From a virus: a stretch of 64,000 nt of DNA. Position numbers and translations under genes: made by a program. The stretch lies in IMG/VR virus record IMGVR_UViG_3300027833_000015, positions 64,001-128,000 of that record, one strand, 5' to 3'. Under the pieces are notes generated by a model. It searched no databases. It saw nothing but the letters and a program-made list of their open reading frames with translations, and was not told the DNA's origin. How positions within the stretch are numbered: position 1 is the stretch's first letter; every line of letters begins with the position of its first letter. Below, in pieces: positions 39,490 to 49,218 of the stretch.

Positions 39490-40199
39490 TATTTCGATTC
39501 CTTTGCAAGCATCTCTTTCGTCATTATATAGTCACGAACGAAGTCCGACCGTATAATGTCCTGCCAACCAAACTCTACGATAGTGAAGTTCTTCATGACT
39601 TCGAGTATGCGTAGAAATTGATGTATACCGTTCTTGTCTCCCTGCTTGACAAAGTCAGACTGGTAGTAGTCACCTGCAAACATAATCCTTGAGTCTATAC
39701 CAATCCTTGTTACGACTGAGTCGAGTTCATGGAATGTTAAGTTCTGCATTTCGTCAACGACTATGATAGCATTGTCGAATGTTGTACCACGGATAAAGGA
39801 TGTAGAGTGAAACTCAATTATGCCTTGCTCGACCAATTGATTGTACGACCCACCCTGCCCGAACATATCGTTTGTTAGTGACATGTATGGAGTGATGAAT
39901 GGTAGGAGTTTCTCTTCTGCTGTTCCAGGGAGGAAACCTACTTCTCTTGTTGGTACCACTGATCGTATAATGTGAATCTTCTCCCAAGGAGTAGACTTAT
40001 CCATTACGTCTTGTAGAGCAAGGTACAATGCAGTGAACGTCTTACCTGTTCCTGCTGAACCACTCAGTACCAAATGGTCGCCTTCTTTCCATGCGTCCCT
40101 TGCCTTCTTTTGATTATCTGTTAGTGCTTCAAACGTACCAAGGTCTTCGATCTTTAACCTACGAGGAGAGTCGTGGCGATGTCTCTTTGTTGATTGCAT
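39489..40199 (-). CDS. phoH: PhoH-family ATPase
   Basis: GSAGTGKT, GFLPG, FIRGTTF, VDEMQN, GDYYQSD. Confidence 0.95.
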   Translation of the reverse strand: MQSTKRHRHDSPRRLKIEDLGTFEALTDNQKKARDAWKEGDHLVLSGSAGTGKTFTALYLALQDVMDKSTPWEKIHIIRSVVPTREVGFLPGTAEEKLLPFITPYMSLTNDMFGQGGSYNQLVEQGIIEFHSTSFIRGTTFDNAIIVVDEMQNLTFHELDSVVTRIGIDSRIMFAGDYYQSDFVKQGDKNGIHQFLRILEVMKNFTIVEFGWQDIIRSDFVRDYIMTKEMLAKESK

Positions 40200-40201
40200 T
40201 G

Positions 40202-40435
40202 TCAGACCTTTATTGTGTTGCCGCGACCAGAATACTTCTTGGTCTGTTTAAGAATATCCTTCCATCCATCAGAAGTTTGTTTGAGAGTACCACCAACATG
40301 TGTTACTAACATAGGGGATCTCTTGTGCAGTATTTCTACTTCACCTGTATCAATCTTTTCTTTTATAGAAGAATACGAACACAGAAGTTCCTTCTCTTCT
40401 CCAGTCTCTATAACTCGAACATCATACAATGGCAT
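40202..40435 (-). CDS. Small FmdB-like protein
   Basis: MPLYD...DGWKDILK pattern, typical upstream of phage phoH. Confidence 0.55.
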   Translation of the reverse strand: MPLYDVRVIETGEEKELLCSYSSIKEKIDTGEVEILHKRSPMLVTHVGGTLKQTSDGWKDILKQTKKYSGRGNTIKV

Positions 40436-40554
40436 TAAAACAACTCCGATTAAATTTAAAGGTACACCTATAGTTAGTACAAACGTTATCTGTAGTATAA
40501 GTATTAGTGTGTTGAGAAAGAGTAGAATGTAGCAGGAGGCAGACGATGTTCTTT

Positions 40555-40582
40555 ATTATAAGCATCTCGAGTGAGAAAGCAA
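40555..40582 (-). promoter_or_regulatory. Sigma70-type promoter
   Basis: TTGCTT-16 nt-TATAAT with an AT-rich upstream tract. Confidence 0.5.
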
Positions 40583-40611
40583 CACCTTTTGTAAATTATT
40601 TTAAAATAGAT

Positions 40612-40667
40612 AAAAAGAGGTGACGTAACCCTGTCCGAAGACAGGGCACGAGATGCGATCACCTCCT
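40612..40667 (-). terminator. Extended stem-loop with cUUCGg tetraloop and U tract
   Basis: GAGGTGA...GCCCTGTC-TTCG-GACAGGGT...TCACCTC-TTTTT. Confidence 0.7.
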
Positions 40668-40845
40668 AATTACTTATCCGATTAGATTGGAGTTCGAGTT
40701 CATTGATGTAGTCATCAAGGAATGCTCGTTTCTTTTCCACCTTATGGGCAAGTTCCTCCTTGCCCTTTCTCGTTAGTTTATGAACATAATTCGATAATTC
40801 TGCGCTATCCTTGCGCAAACGTTCAAGTTGGTTTGATGTTACCAT
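40666..40845 (-). CDS. Small hypothetical protein (59 aa)
   Basis: MVTSNQLERLRKDSAELSNYVHKL...; GGAG RBS. Confidence 0.65.
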   Translation of the reverse strand: MVTSNQLERLRKDSAELSNYVHKLTRKGKEELAHKVEKKRAFLDDYINELELQSNRISN

Positions 40846-40882
40846 AGGCGACTCCGATCTTAAGATAAGTGTTAAGGACGTG

Positions 40883-41332
40883 TCATAACAAATTAGGGAT
40901 TGCCTCCTTCACTCTTTTTACTGTCAACCCTTTGCATGGAGTTTTCTTCGCGACCATGTCGACCAGAATTTCAGCATCTTTTGGGTGGACAGATTCTAGC
41001 ATGCCAATAAAGATAGACTCTCTGCGCATAGCATTCATTTGATCTGCTTTGAGTCCCTTGACAAAATATGTTAATTTCATGTTCTGCTTGTGCCAACTGG
41101 AAGGTGCAGTCTCAGCAACCGATGGAGTAAATGGGGGTCTACTATCGGGGAGAAGAAACTGTATCTTTTCGTCGAACACACAACGAACGTAATCTGCGAA
41201 TGAGGTGTATGTTGTAAGGTAGTATCTGATCAGTTCTACCTTCTTAGCAGGTTTGGTTTCACTGCTAATTGATTCAATTATTTCATACAGTTCAAATCTC
41301 TTTGACCTGCCTTGTTGTGTTTCGGTTATCAT
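40883..41332 (-). CDS. Conserved T4-like hypothetical protein
   Basis: FDEKIQFLLP..PPF, RRESIFIGMLESVHPKDAEIL. Confidence 0.7.
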   Translation of the reverse strand: MITETQQGRSKRFELYEIIESISSETKPAKKVELIRYYLTTYTSFADYVRCVFDEKIQFLLPDSRPPFTPSVAETAPSSWHKQNMKLTYFVKGLKADQMNAMRRESIFIGMLESVHPKDAEILVDMVAKKTPCKGLTVKRVKEAIPNLL

Positions 41333-41422
41333 AAAAGTTTCCTCATAGTTTTATATAGGACTGGCGGCACGGTTTTCGGTGAATCATATACGTCATTATA
41401 CCTATAGGTTTATCATTTCAAA

Positions 41423-41848
41423 CTATGCTTTCTTATTGACAGAAAGATGCGTTCGATTGATTCTACAGTTGATGATGCCGTTGTAATAATCATCGTTGTG
41501 TAAGACCCCACGGTCGAACTGCTCCTTCGTTTCATAATAAGCACAGTCTCCTTTGGTTGCACATAAGCGAATAATCTCTCGCTTGAATGCATCTGCGCCA
41601 TACTGCTCACGCAACTCTTGAACCTTGACTGAACTTCCGAAGTAGTCTTTCCAGTCTGATTCGACCCGAGTGTGCTTCCTGCGCTTACGGGTCTTGGTGA
41701 TTGGCAGTGTCTTCTTTCTGTGGAAGAACTTCTTGCCGACATACTTCATGTCAGTGTTCAGTTCCGTTATGACATAGACGAAACCAACCCAGTGTTCAAG
41801 GGACTCGTACTCTGGCGCAAATTCCTCGCCTTCATAGATCCAGTTCAT
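41423..41848 (-). CDS. GIY-YIG-like nuclease-fold protein
   Basis: GFVYVIT..KYVGKK..WKDYFGSS..FKREI..YYNG; start MNWIY. Confidence 0.7.
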   Translation of the reverse strand: MNWIYEGEEFAPEYESLEHWVGFVYVITELNTDMKYVGKKFFHRKKTLPITKTRKRRKHTRVESDWKDYFGSSVKVQELREQYGADAFKREIIRLCATKGDCAYYETKEQFDRGVLHNDDYYNGIINCRINRTHLSVNKKA

Positions 41849-41970
41849 TGGGCAATAATTGGAGTGCCACACATCGGGCAATACTCGGGTTCAGTCCCGT
41901 CCATCGAATCAACAATCACTTCGGTGACGGATTCGCAGAGGTCGCACTCTATATTATAGTGGTCATCCAT
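41845..41970 (-). CDS. Small zinc-ribbon protein (41 aa)
   Basis: MDDHYNIECDLCES...YCPMCG. Confidence 0.6.
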   Translation of the reverse strand: MDDHYNIECDLCESVTEVIVDSMDGTEPEYCPMCGTPIIAQ

Positions 41971-42008
41971 TATCATAACTCTTTTCGTTCATAGTATTAT
42001 ATAGGCAG

Positions 42009-42989
42009 TCACTTAACTGCCCCCCAGACGTTCTTCCAGTCTCCGCTTATCGCGCCACGAGCATAGTCTGTAGACCTGTTCTCGAAGAAGTTGGTATGTG
42101 TTGGTGCGTTGATCATTTCTTCAACCCAGAGCAGTGGATTCTTCTTAACTTTAAAGATCCCCTTCATACCCAAACTGATTAGTCGACGGTCAGCGATGTA
42201 GCGGATATACTTCTTCACTTCTTCTGATGTCAACCCTTCCATTGGACCCATTGCAAACGCAAGGTCGATAAACTTGTCTTCCAGTTCTACCATGCGCTCA
42301 GCAATTGCGTAGATCTTTCCTTTCAGGTCATCGTTCCATATCTCTAGGTTTTCTTCGATGTATGTGCGAAACAGTTTGATCATTGACTCAGCGTGCATAG
42401 TTTCGTCGACGATAGACCAAGTGACAATCTGTCCCATGCCTTTCATCTTACCATGACGCGGAAAGTTCAGCAACATGATGAACGAGGAGAACAACTGCAT
42501 ACCTTCAGTGAATGCGGAGAACGCTGCTATGTTAGTGGCCACTGTTTCTTTCGTGCCGTCATTGGCAGACAGATCCATGAAGTAGTCGTGCTTCTCGCGC
42601 ATTGCCTCATACTCGAAGAATTCGTTGTACGTTGACTCGGGCATACCCAGAGTTTCGATTAGGTGCGAGTATGCAGCAACGTGCAGTGCTTCGCGTGCAG
42701 CGAAACCCATAAGCATCATGCGTACTTCAGGTTGTGGGAAGTGTGGCAGGTAGTTGTTGACATAACCACCAGCAACGTCGATGTCACCCTGCGTGAAGAA
42801 GCGAAATATGTTTGTCAGGAAACCCTTCTCTTCTGGAGTAACCTTACGCTGCCAGTCCTTGACATCTTCTGCCATAGCGACTTCTGTGTGCAACCAATGC
42901 GACTGCTCATGCTTCAACCAAGCATCATATGCCCATGGGTAATTGAATGGTTTGAAATATTCTCTTTCGTCTGTCAACTTTAACTTCAT
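42009..42989 (-). CDS. nrdB: Ribonucleotide reductase class Ia beta subunit
   Basis: FFTQGD, EALHVAAYS, TEGMQLFSSF, DETMH, NFFE. Confidence 0.96.
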   Translation of the reverse strand: MKLKLTDEREYFKPFNYPWAYDAWLKHEQSHWLHTEVAMAEDVKDWQRKVTPEEKGFLTNIFRFFTQGDIDVAGGYVNNYLPHFPQPEVRMMLMGFAAREALHVAAYSHLIETLGMPESTYNEFFEYEAMREKHDYFMDLSANDGTKETVATNIAAFSAFTEGMQLFSSFIMLLNFPRHGKMKGMGQIVTWSIVDETMHAESMIKLFRTYIEENLEIWNDDLKGKIYAIAERMVELEDKFIDLAFAMGPMEGLTSEEVKKYIRYIADRRLISLGMKGIFKVKKNPLLWVEEMINAPTHTNFFENRSTDYARGAISGDWKNVWGAVK

Positions 42990-43549
42990 TCTCTTTCTTC
43001 CTTGCTTTTATCTGAAAACCATGCGACTAATACTAATCGCTCTCCTTCGTATACTTTTGAAACTCCGTGTTTCAGGTCTGGACCATAAATCAAACTCTCG
43101 CCTACGGTCACTGGTAGAACATCTGGGGTTATCTCCCGTCCATAGGGTGGGTGTGTTTCTTCGCCTCCGTTTCTGACGCAGTACTCGTTTGATGGTCTTG
43201 CTCTTTGGTCGTATCTTTCCATGACAAGAGAGTGGCCACCAACAAGATCGACATCGTCGAGGAGGGTGACTATGGTAAGGTCTGTGTTGTTATCATGGTG
43301 CATTCTCGTAAACGATCCTTTTACATATCGCAGAAAGTATACACCAATACAATGTTTGTGTTTAGAATATTTCATCAAAGTGTCTAAGAAACCAAACTCG
43401 AACTCATCACTAACCTTGAGATCTGCCCTTTCCATATCAAAAAGGTTATACATCTGAAACAATTTAAAGAAATCGAGACTTGCTGCCAAGTCCCTTGCAT
43501 CATTCAGTTCTTCCTCAGAAAGAACATTGTCCATTATATATCCTGACAT
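42986..43549 (-). CDS. 2OG-Fe(II) oxygenase
   Basis: HxD (MHHD), distal H (KHGVSKV) and R (GERLVLVAWF). Confidence 0.8.
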   Translation of the reverse strand: MSGYIMDNVLSEEELNDARDLAASLDFFKLFQMYNLFDMERADLKVSDEFEFGFLDTLMKYSKHKHCIGVYFLRYVKGSFTRMHHDNNTDLTIVTLLDDVDLVGGHSLVMERYDQRARPSNEYCVRNGGEETHPPYGREITPDVLPVTVGESLIYGPDLKHGVSKVYEGERLVLVAWFSDKSKEERE

Positions 43550-43551
43550 AC

Positions 43552-45354
43552 CTATCCCTCGCAGGCGCGACACTCGCTGTCATCAATAACAGCAGCGAGG
43601 TCGATCTCTTTGATCACGTCACGTTCGATACGCGCACTTACTTTGTCTGCCTTGCCGAGTTTCTCAGAACGACAGTAGTACATGGTCTTCACTCCGCGCT
43701 TCCACGCAAGGAAGTGTACCGTGTGAATGTATATGATGTTTGCATCTGGACGGAAGAACACATTGAGCGATTGTGCTTGATCGACGTGTGCTTGTCGGTC
43801 TGCTGCATGGTCGATAATCCAACGCTGATCTATTTCCATAGCAGTTTTGAACACATCCTTCTCCTCTGGTTGCAACCAACGCAGATGTTGAACCGAACCA
43901 TCGTTGGCGATAATGCTTGACCAAATTTCATCAGCATCCAGTTTGGTCGCCCCGAGTTCGATCTTGCGATCAATCAACTCAACAAGGTGCTTATTCTTAT
44001 TTAGAAATGCTCCTGAGAGGGTGTCCTGCCTGTATGCATTGGCGCGATATGGTTCAATGCTAGGCGAGGTGTTGCCCATGATGATGCTGCTGGATGCGTT
44101 TGGTGCGATCGCCATTGTGTGACTAAATCGTTGCCCTGTGCCTTCAGCGTCAGGTGCTTCACCACGTTCCGTGCCCAACTGAATGCTCGCCTCTGTCACT
44201 TTAGTCTTGATGTGAGAGAAGATGCGGTTGTTCAGTACCTTCGCCATAGCGCACTCGAATGGCATCGACTTCTTCTGGAGGTATGCGTGGAAACCCAGCG
44301 CACCGATACCGATTGACCGTTCGCGCATAGCAGAGAACCTTGCTCGCTTCACTGTATCTGGCGCGTTGTCGATGAAGAACTGTAGCACGTTGTCAAGCAT
44401 CTCTGCCATGTCACGCAGGAACATCGTGTTCTTGCTCCATGAGTCGTAGTGCTCAAGGTTGACAGATGACAAGCAACATACAGCAGTCCGTTCTTCGTTT
44501 GTTGGCAGGATGATCTCCGAACACAGGTTAGACTGGTGAATCTTCAGACCCAAGTCTTTCTGGAACTGAGGCATTGCTCGATTGCTTGTGTCGATATAGT
44601 GGATGTACGGTTCACCCGTTTCCATACGCAGTTCAAGTATCTTCTGCCATAGTTCTTTTGCTGAGACTGTTTCGCGAATCTCTCCGCTTGATGGGTCGGT
44701 CAGGTTCCAACCGTCATCTGCATCTTCGTCTTGCATACAGCGTTCGATAATCTCCATGAACCTATCGGAGATATTGATGCCGTGGTGCAGATTCAAGCAT
44801 CGACGATTGGGGTCACCTGTCGGTTTACGCATCTCGAGGAACTCTATTACATCTGGATGACTGATGTCAAGATAAGCAGCGTATGACCCTCGTCTTGTTT
44901 TACCTTGCCTGTACGCGAGCGAGGAGGCGTCGTATGTCTTGAGGTGTGGAATGACGCCAGTTGACTTGTCGTCTGAAGAACGGATACCAAACCCAATACC
45001 AACACCACCACCAAACATAGACAACCAGTTTGTCTCGGATAGATTGTCGACTAATCCTTCAGCAGTATCTTCGATGTAGTTTAGGAAGCAAGAGATTGGC
45101 ATCCCTTTGTTGGTGCGTCCGTATGCGAGGATTGGAGTTGAGTACGACAACCAGTGCTTTGAGGCATACTCGTAGAGTCTTTGCGCGTGTTCAGGATTGG
45201 AAGAGAAGGTCTTTGAAACAAAAGCGAATCTTTGTTGCGGAGAAGATTCATCTTCTCGCATATACGATTCTTTTAGTCTTGCCAGACCGAGAGGGTCAAA
45301 AAGTTCGTCACGTGTTATATCAATCTCGATACCGAGATAAGTTTCTTTAGGCAC
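43552..45354 (-). CDS. nrdA: Ribonucleotide reductase class Ia alpha subunit (no ATP cone)
   Basis: ISCFL, SNLCSEI, AIAPNASSS, DQAQSLN, C-terminal CRACEG. Confidence 0.96.
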   Translation of the reverse strand: MPKETYLGIEIDITRDELFDPLGLARLKESYMREDESSPQQRFAFVSKTFSSNPEHAQRLYEYASKHWLSYSTPILAYGRTNKGMPISCFLNYIEDTAEGLVDNLSETNWLSMFGGGVGIGFGIRSSDDKSTGVIPHLKTYDASSLAYRQGKTRRGSYAAYLDISHPDVIEFLEMRKPTGDPNRRCLNLHHGINISDRFMEIIERCMQDEDADDGWNLTDPSSGEIRETVSAKELWQKILELRMETGEPYIHYIDTSNRAMPQFQKDLGLKIHQSNLCSEIILPTNEERTAVCCLSSVNLEHYDSWSKNTMFLRDMAEMLDNVLQFFIDNAPDTVKRARFSAMRERSIGIGALGFHAYLQKKSMPFECAMAKVLNNRIFSHIKTKVTEASIQLGTERGEAPDAEGTGQRFSHTMAIAPNASSSIIMGNTSPSIEPYRANAYRQDTLSGAFLNKNKHLVELIDRKIELGATKLDADEIWSSIIANDGSVQHLRWLQPEEKDVFKTAMEIDQRWIIDHAADRQAHVDQAQSLNVFFRPDANIIYIHTVHFLAWKRGVKTMYYCRSEKLGKADKVSARIERDVIKEIDLAAVIDDSECRACEG

Positions 45355-45423
45355 TGGGCATATTCCTTATATAATTCTCTGGGGGTAGAGTTATATAGGC
45401 GTATGCTCAGTGGTAAAATATAG

Positions 45424-45446
45424 TACCCTAAAAATATTTTAGGGTA
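45424..45446. repeat. Inverted repeat upstream of nrdA
   Basis: TACCCTAAAA-ATA-TTTTAGGGTA. Confidence 0.6.
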
Positions 45447-45459
45447 GTATTAACTGACG

Positions 45460-47070
45460 TTATGACCACTTATAATCAGACGCTTTGTAGGTCTTGCTGA
45501 ACTTGGCAAAGTCTTTCTTGATGTATCCTTTGTCTTGTTCTTTGCCTACGAGGTGACGTCCGCGCTTGGAGTCAAGGTAGTCTCTGACGTGAGTATCTTG
45601 TCCACCAGTATGCTTCTTGACATCAGCGTGGGTCTTCGCATATCCTGCTTTGGTCTTCGTTTCGTTACCGCCATGCTTGACGTTATGAGAAGTGTTGTAG
45701 TATCCACCACCTTCGTTTCCGCTCTTGACAGCAAGACCTTCTTGCATAGTCTTCTTGACGATCTTACCCACTGCCTTGTTGTTACCCTTGGCGCGTTTCG
45801 GGTCTTTAGATGCCTTGTTGTTGTAGCGAGTCAGAAGATCTGTGCTCAACTCATCAACCTGCTCGACAGATTCTTTGCGCACTCGATCATACAAGTCGCC
45901 ATTCCACTTCCAGTCTTTCTTATTGAAAGACTTTTTCTTCTTTTCCTTTTGATATTCTGCACTAGACAATTTATTAGTCTTACCAGCATTAGCACGTCCA
46001 GATTCTTCAACCTGCTCGACAGATTCTTTATGACTCAGGCGTGGTTTCTTTCGGGTATCTTTACGACCCTTCATGAAGTCTGCTTTGGACTTAACCTGCT
46101 TGACAGAAGAGTCGCGACTTGTGCTCTGGCCATCGGTAGGATTGATCGTTGATTCTTTCTGTGCGCGTTTGAGTTGTATCTGTTGTGAACGATCAGCACC
46201 GTCCATACGGTTGCTGTGCTTATCCATTGCCTTGGTGAATCGTGCTGCTTGCTTTTGAGTTGCTACACCACTTGCGCTCTTACGAACAGTGGCGATAGTT
46301 TTGTCCATTGTCTTACGCAGGTTCCTTCCACTTGTGGCATTCTTCCTGTCATAACGCTTCAGGAGTTTATTGCTCAACTCATCAACCTGCTCGACAGATT
46401 CGTTTTTCTTTGCGTAACGTGCTTTTTTGACAAGCGCAAACCCTTTAGTTCTATGGCGCAACTTATCGAGTTTAGTCAGACCACCTTTCTTATTGATATT
46501 ATTTGCTGCCCTTGACATACCAAATTCACGGTTCATAGATTTGTGAGAAAGAGTATCAGACCTAGAGTTTTGATCCTTATTCGCTTTCTTCAAATATGAT
46601 ATGCTGGTCGCTTTAGAGAGTTCATCAACTTGCTCGACAGATTCTTTGACTGGTTTGCGATTGAGGATATGTCTGCTGAATGAATCTTTGGAAATATTCT
46701 TATGAGCGGCATCTGCTGCTTTAGGATCTCTGCCATGCTTGACGACGATAGTTTCTTTCTTACCGTTCTTCTGTATACCAGTGCTGTGGGTAGAATACTC
46801 GTACTCTTGCTTCGCTGGTTTTGCTTTCGCTAATGCTGCTTTCTTCGCTTTCTTTTTTGCATTCGCTGCTATTTTGAGATAGTTGGAAGGGATCTTTGCT
46901 TCATCGACTTCAACTTCTTCTTTCTGTTGAATCCTTTTCTTGCCCATGATCTCGATGTAACGTCGAGTGACGGGAGCACGCTTCTTCTTTGAACCCATGT
47001 CAACGGTGTCTTGTGGAATACCAGCATCACCTGCTGTCATTGTTTCTGAGAAGTCACTAAACTTTTTCAT
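45460..47070 (-). CDS. Lys-rich modular polyprotein, putative internal head protein
   Basis: N-terminus MKKFSDFSE; four ESVEQV(D/E)E linkers separating basic modules. Confidence 0.7.
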   Translation of the reverse strand: MKKFSDFSETMTAGDAGIPQDTVDMGSKKKRAPVTRRYIEIMGKKRIQQKEEVEVDEAKIPSNYLKIAANAKKKAKKAALAKAKPAKQEYEYSTHSTGIQKNGKKETIVVKHGRDPKAADAAHKNISKDSFSRHILNRKPVKESVEQVDELSKATSISYLKKANKDQNSRSDTLSHKSMNREFGMSRAANNINKKGGLTKLDKLRHRTKGFALVKKARYAKKNESVEQVDELSNKLLKRYDRKNATSGRNLRKTMDKTIATVRKSASGVATQKQAARFTKAMDKHSNRMDGADRSQQIQLKRAQKESTINPTDGQSTSRDSSVKQVKSKADFMKGRKDTRKKPRLSHKESVEQVEESGRANAGKTNKLSSAEYQKEKKKKSFNKKDWKWNGDLYDRVRKESVEQVDELSTDLLTRYNNKASKDPKRAKGNNKAVGKIVKKTMQEGLAVKSGNEGGGYYNTSHNVKHGGNETKTKAGYAKTHADVKKHTGGQDTHVRDYLDSKRGRHLVGKEQDKGYIKKDFAKFSKTYKASDYKWS

Positions 47071-47127
47071 TACTCTATCCTAGTATTAAACTTATGCATC
47101 TATTTAGTCCAGCAGAGATCTGTGTCT

Positions 47128-47655
47128 CTACTTTCTTTCCAAGTAGAACACTGATTGTTGCGGAGTGGATTTTACTATTATCTTGAATTTCTTTCCGAAG
47201 AATTTCTTCGACATGCGGAGATAGAGTTTCTCTCTACTCGCCAGTGTCTTTGGGTTTGATCCTTTCGGTTTCTCTGCACCGAACGAAACATATTTTGGAT
47301 TTTCTTTCTTTATGAAGTCATCGCATATCTTCATAACAGTAGAGAATATCTTCAGAGCATCTCCACCGCCAGTAACATCATATGATGCTTTTCCGAGGGT
47401 AGTGTATTCCTTGCCGAATTTCGTCAAGACCTGCTTCGACCTTCGACTAAATCCGAGATCCCACATATAATAATCATCATCGTCTGCGTTTTCAGAACCG
47501 ACTATATCGACATCGAGTCGACTTCTTTCTGTCTTTCCGTCTTTGCCTGTGAATTCAGAATCGAACCCGTATGAGTATTCGTCTTCGGCAACCTTCCTGC
47601 CAGTGAACTTATATGAGGAATCAAACGCTTCGTTGAATTGTGAGAATGTTTTCAT
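47128..47655 (-). CDS. Hypothetical protein with capsid-targeting-like leader
   Basis: MKTFSQFNE; GDALKIFSTV...SREKLY. Confidence 0.65.
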   Translation of the reverse strand: MKTFSQFNEAFDSSYKFTGRKVAEDEYSYGFDSEFTGKDGKTERSRLDVDIVGSENADDDDYYMWDLGFSRRSKQVLTKFGKEYTTLGKASYDVTGGGDALKIFSTVMKICDDFIKKENPKYVSFGAEKPKGSNPKTLASREKLYLRMSKKFFGKKFKIIVKSTPQQSVFYLERK

Positions 47656-48239
47656 TATACCTTTCCGTATGAAAACATTATGGGCATCTGCTTGATGCCG
47701 ACTGCCTTTGCAATTCCAAGTCTATGATTGCCTTCCCCCAGAAGAACTTCAACGTCACCGTTCTTTCTTCGGTCGATGGAAACATAACCGTGTTCTTTGA
47801 TTCCGTTCTTCTTGATGTCAGCAGTCAGTTTCTTCATCTCTGCTTCGGTGTTCTTACCAGTGTATCCACCAATCATCTTGCGGTCGTATTCTCTTATCTT
47901 CCACAACTCGCTTACGTCAATCATCGGTGTAAAGTTATCAGCAACCTTTAGGTTACCATTCGCAAATATCTTGATGATGTTCTCAAGTGTTACCTTACCA
48001 CCACATGCTTTTTTCAGTTCGCCTTGTGAACGGACATACTCAGAAAACCCTTCTTGTTTCTGCCCACTGTACTTCCGTGGTCTGTATTGTTTGTACGGAC
48101 TCTTTGGTTTGGCATACTTTGCGAGGACAGCATCCGACTTCTTCATCACCTTATTGATTTCTGCCTGAGAGACAGGTTCAAAGTCTGCGAGTAAGTCGTC
48201 GAGGAAACCCTCTTCGATAAACTGGGAAAATGATTTCAT
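47655..48239 (-). CDS. ParB/Srx-fold protein with capsid-targeting-like leader
   Basis: MKSFSQFIEE; LTADIKKNGIKE..LGEGNHRLGIAKAVG. Confidence 0.7.
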   Translation of the reverse strand: MKSFSQFIEEGFLDDLLADFEPVSQAEINKVMKKSDAVLAKYAKPKSPYKQYRPRKYSGQKQEGFSEYVRSQGELKKACGGKVTLENIIKIFANGNLKVADNFTPMIDVSELWKIREYDRKMIGGYTGKNTEAEMKKLTADIKKNGIKEHGYVSIDRRKNGDVEVLLGEGNHRLGIAKAVGIKQMPIMFSYGKV

Positions 48240-48817
48240 CGTCTCAGTTCTTCACTGGCGACGTAGATCTTTTGGTTAGTGCGAATATGCACTGCTTCGA
48301 ATATGTCCAACCCGAGAATGTTGTCGAGTGGATATGCATTATCAAGCACACGGACTTTATCACCTGCCTTGCAGACTTCTTCGCACGTGCTCGCGAGGAC
48401 TTTGGGTTCAGCGAGTGTATACATGCCACTGGAGAGCATCCCGTCCTTGGCGCAAAACCAAGAGGTGTGTTCTACCAAGTCCAGTGTCGAGTCTAGGTCA
48501 CACGCCTCTACAATTCTCTCCACCCCTGCTTCCCCAAGGTCAAGGTGTTCTTTTATGAGGTAGAGTGCGGACGCATAGGAGGCGAGTTTGGATTTGCCTC
48601 CAGGGACTTTGGCGAGTAATTTCTTGAGGTTGAAGACCAGACGGTGGAATAAGTTGTATGCACTTTTCTCGTCATTGCCTTCGGGCGAGCGGAGTTTCTT
48701 TCCGTCTTTGTCTATAAGACCCATCTTGAATGCATTGCTATCTTCGAAACTGGTTGTCAGCAAACGCAAGAAGCGCAGCGTGTAGACCAAATCAGCAGTT
48801 TTAGAAAGTATACCCAT
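48236..48817 (-). CDS. Conserved T4-like hypothetical protein
   Basis: YTLRFLRLL..AFKMGLIDKDG..FHRLVFNLKK..SYASALYLIKE. Confidence 0.7.
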   Translation of the reverse strand: MGILSKTADLVYTLRFLRLLTTSFEDSNAFKMGLIDKDGKKLRSPEGNDEKSAYNLFHRLVFNLKKLLAKVPGGKSKLASYASALYLIKEHLDLGEAGVERIVEACDLDSTLDLVEHTSWFCAKDGMLSSGMYTLAEPKVLASTCEEVCKAGDKVRVLDNAYPLDNILGLDIFEAVHIRTNQKIYVASEELRR

Positions 48818-49182
48818 TAAATTGTTTCCAGTCTGGCGACCACTACAGGGTCTCCTATAATTCCTTCAAGATCGCCTTCTTTCAATGCAACAAGGTGTTC
48901 AAGAAATGGTTTTATCACACTGAGATTGTCTGGACCCAACTTGAACAGCAGCATAAGTATTGCTGGTTCATTACCAAACACATTCAATAATATGATAACA
49001 TGATTCAGTATCAATCGTTCACAGAGTTCACCGCCTCTGGTGTATCTGTTTATCAATCTCTTGATGTACTTAAAACGATTAAGTTCTTCGTAAAAATCTT
49101 CCGCATCTATCGCGCGAGGACTATAATAATTATTCGCAGCGTAGATGAGGAAGATTTCATCGTTTAGTTCTTTGACGATCAT
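48817..49182 (-). CDS. Conserved T4-like hypothetical protein
   Basis: FYEELNRFKYIKRL..ERLILNHVIILLNVFG. Confidence 0.7.
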   Translation of the reverse strand: MIVKELNDEIFLIYAANNYYSPRAIDAEDFYEELNRFKYIKRLINRYTRGGELCERLILNHVIILLNVFGNEPAILMLLFKLGPDNLSVIKPFLEHLVALKEGDLEGIIGDPVVVARLETI

Positions 49183-49218
49183 GCAGATTCCTCTATAGTA
49201 TAGAGTTATCTATAACTT

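Noticed and set aside
42009-45354. Possible intron or intein in nrdA/nrdB
   Set aside because: Both ORFs are continuous and of normal length; the intervening gene is an oxygenase, not an endonuclease.
45405-45450. NrdR box upstream of nrdA
   Set aside because: The palindrome does not convincingly match the NrdR consensus; it is kept only as an inverted repeat.
45850-46644. 24-bp repeats with variable intervening sequence resembling a CRISPR array
   Set aside because: Spacing is irregular (about 150-375 bp), all copies are in frame within a CDS, and no cas genes are present.
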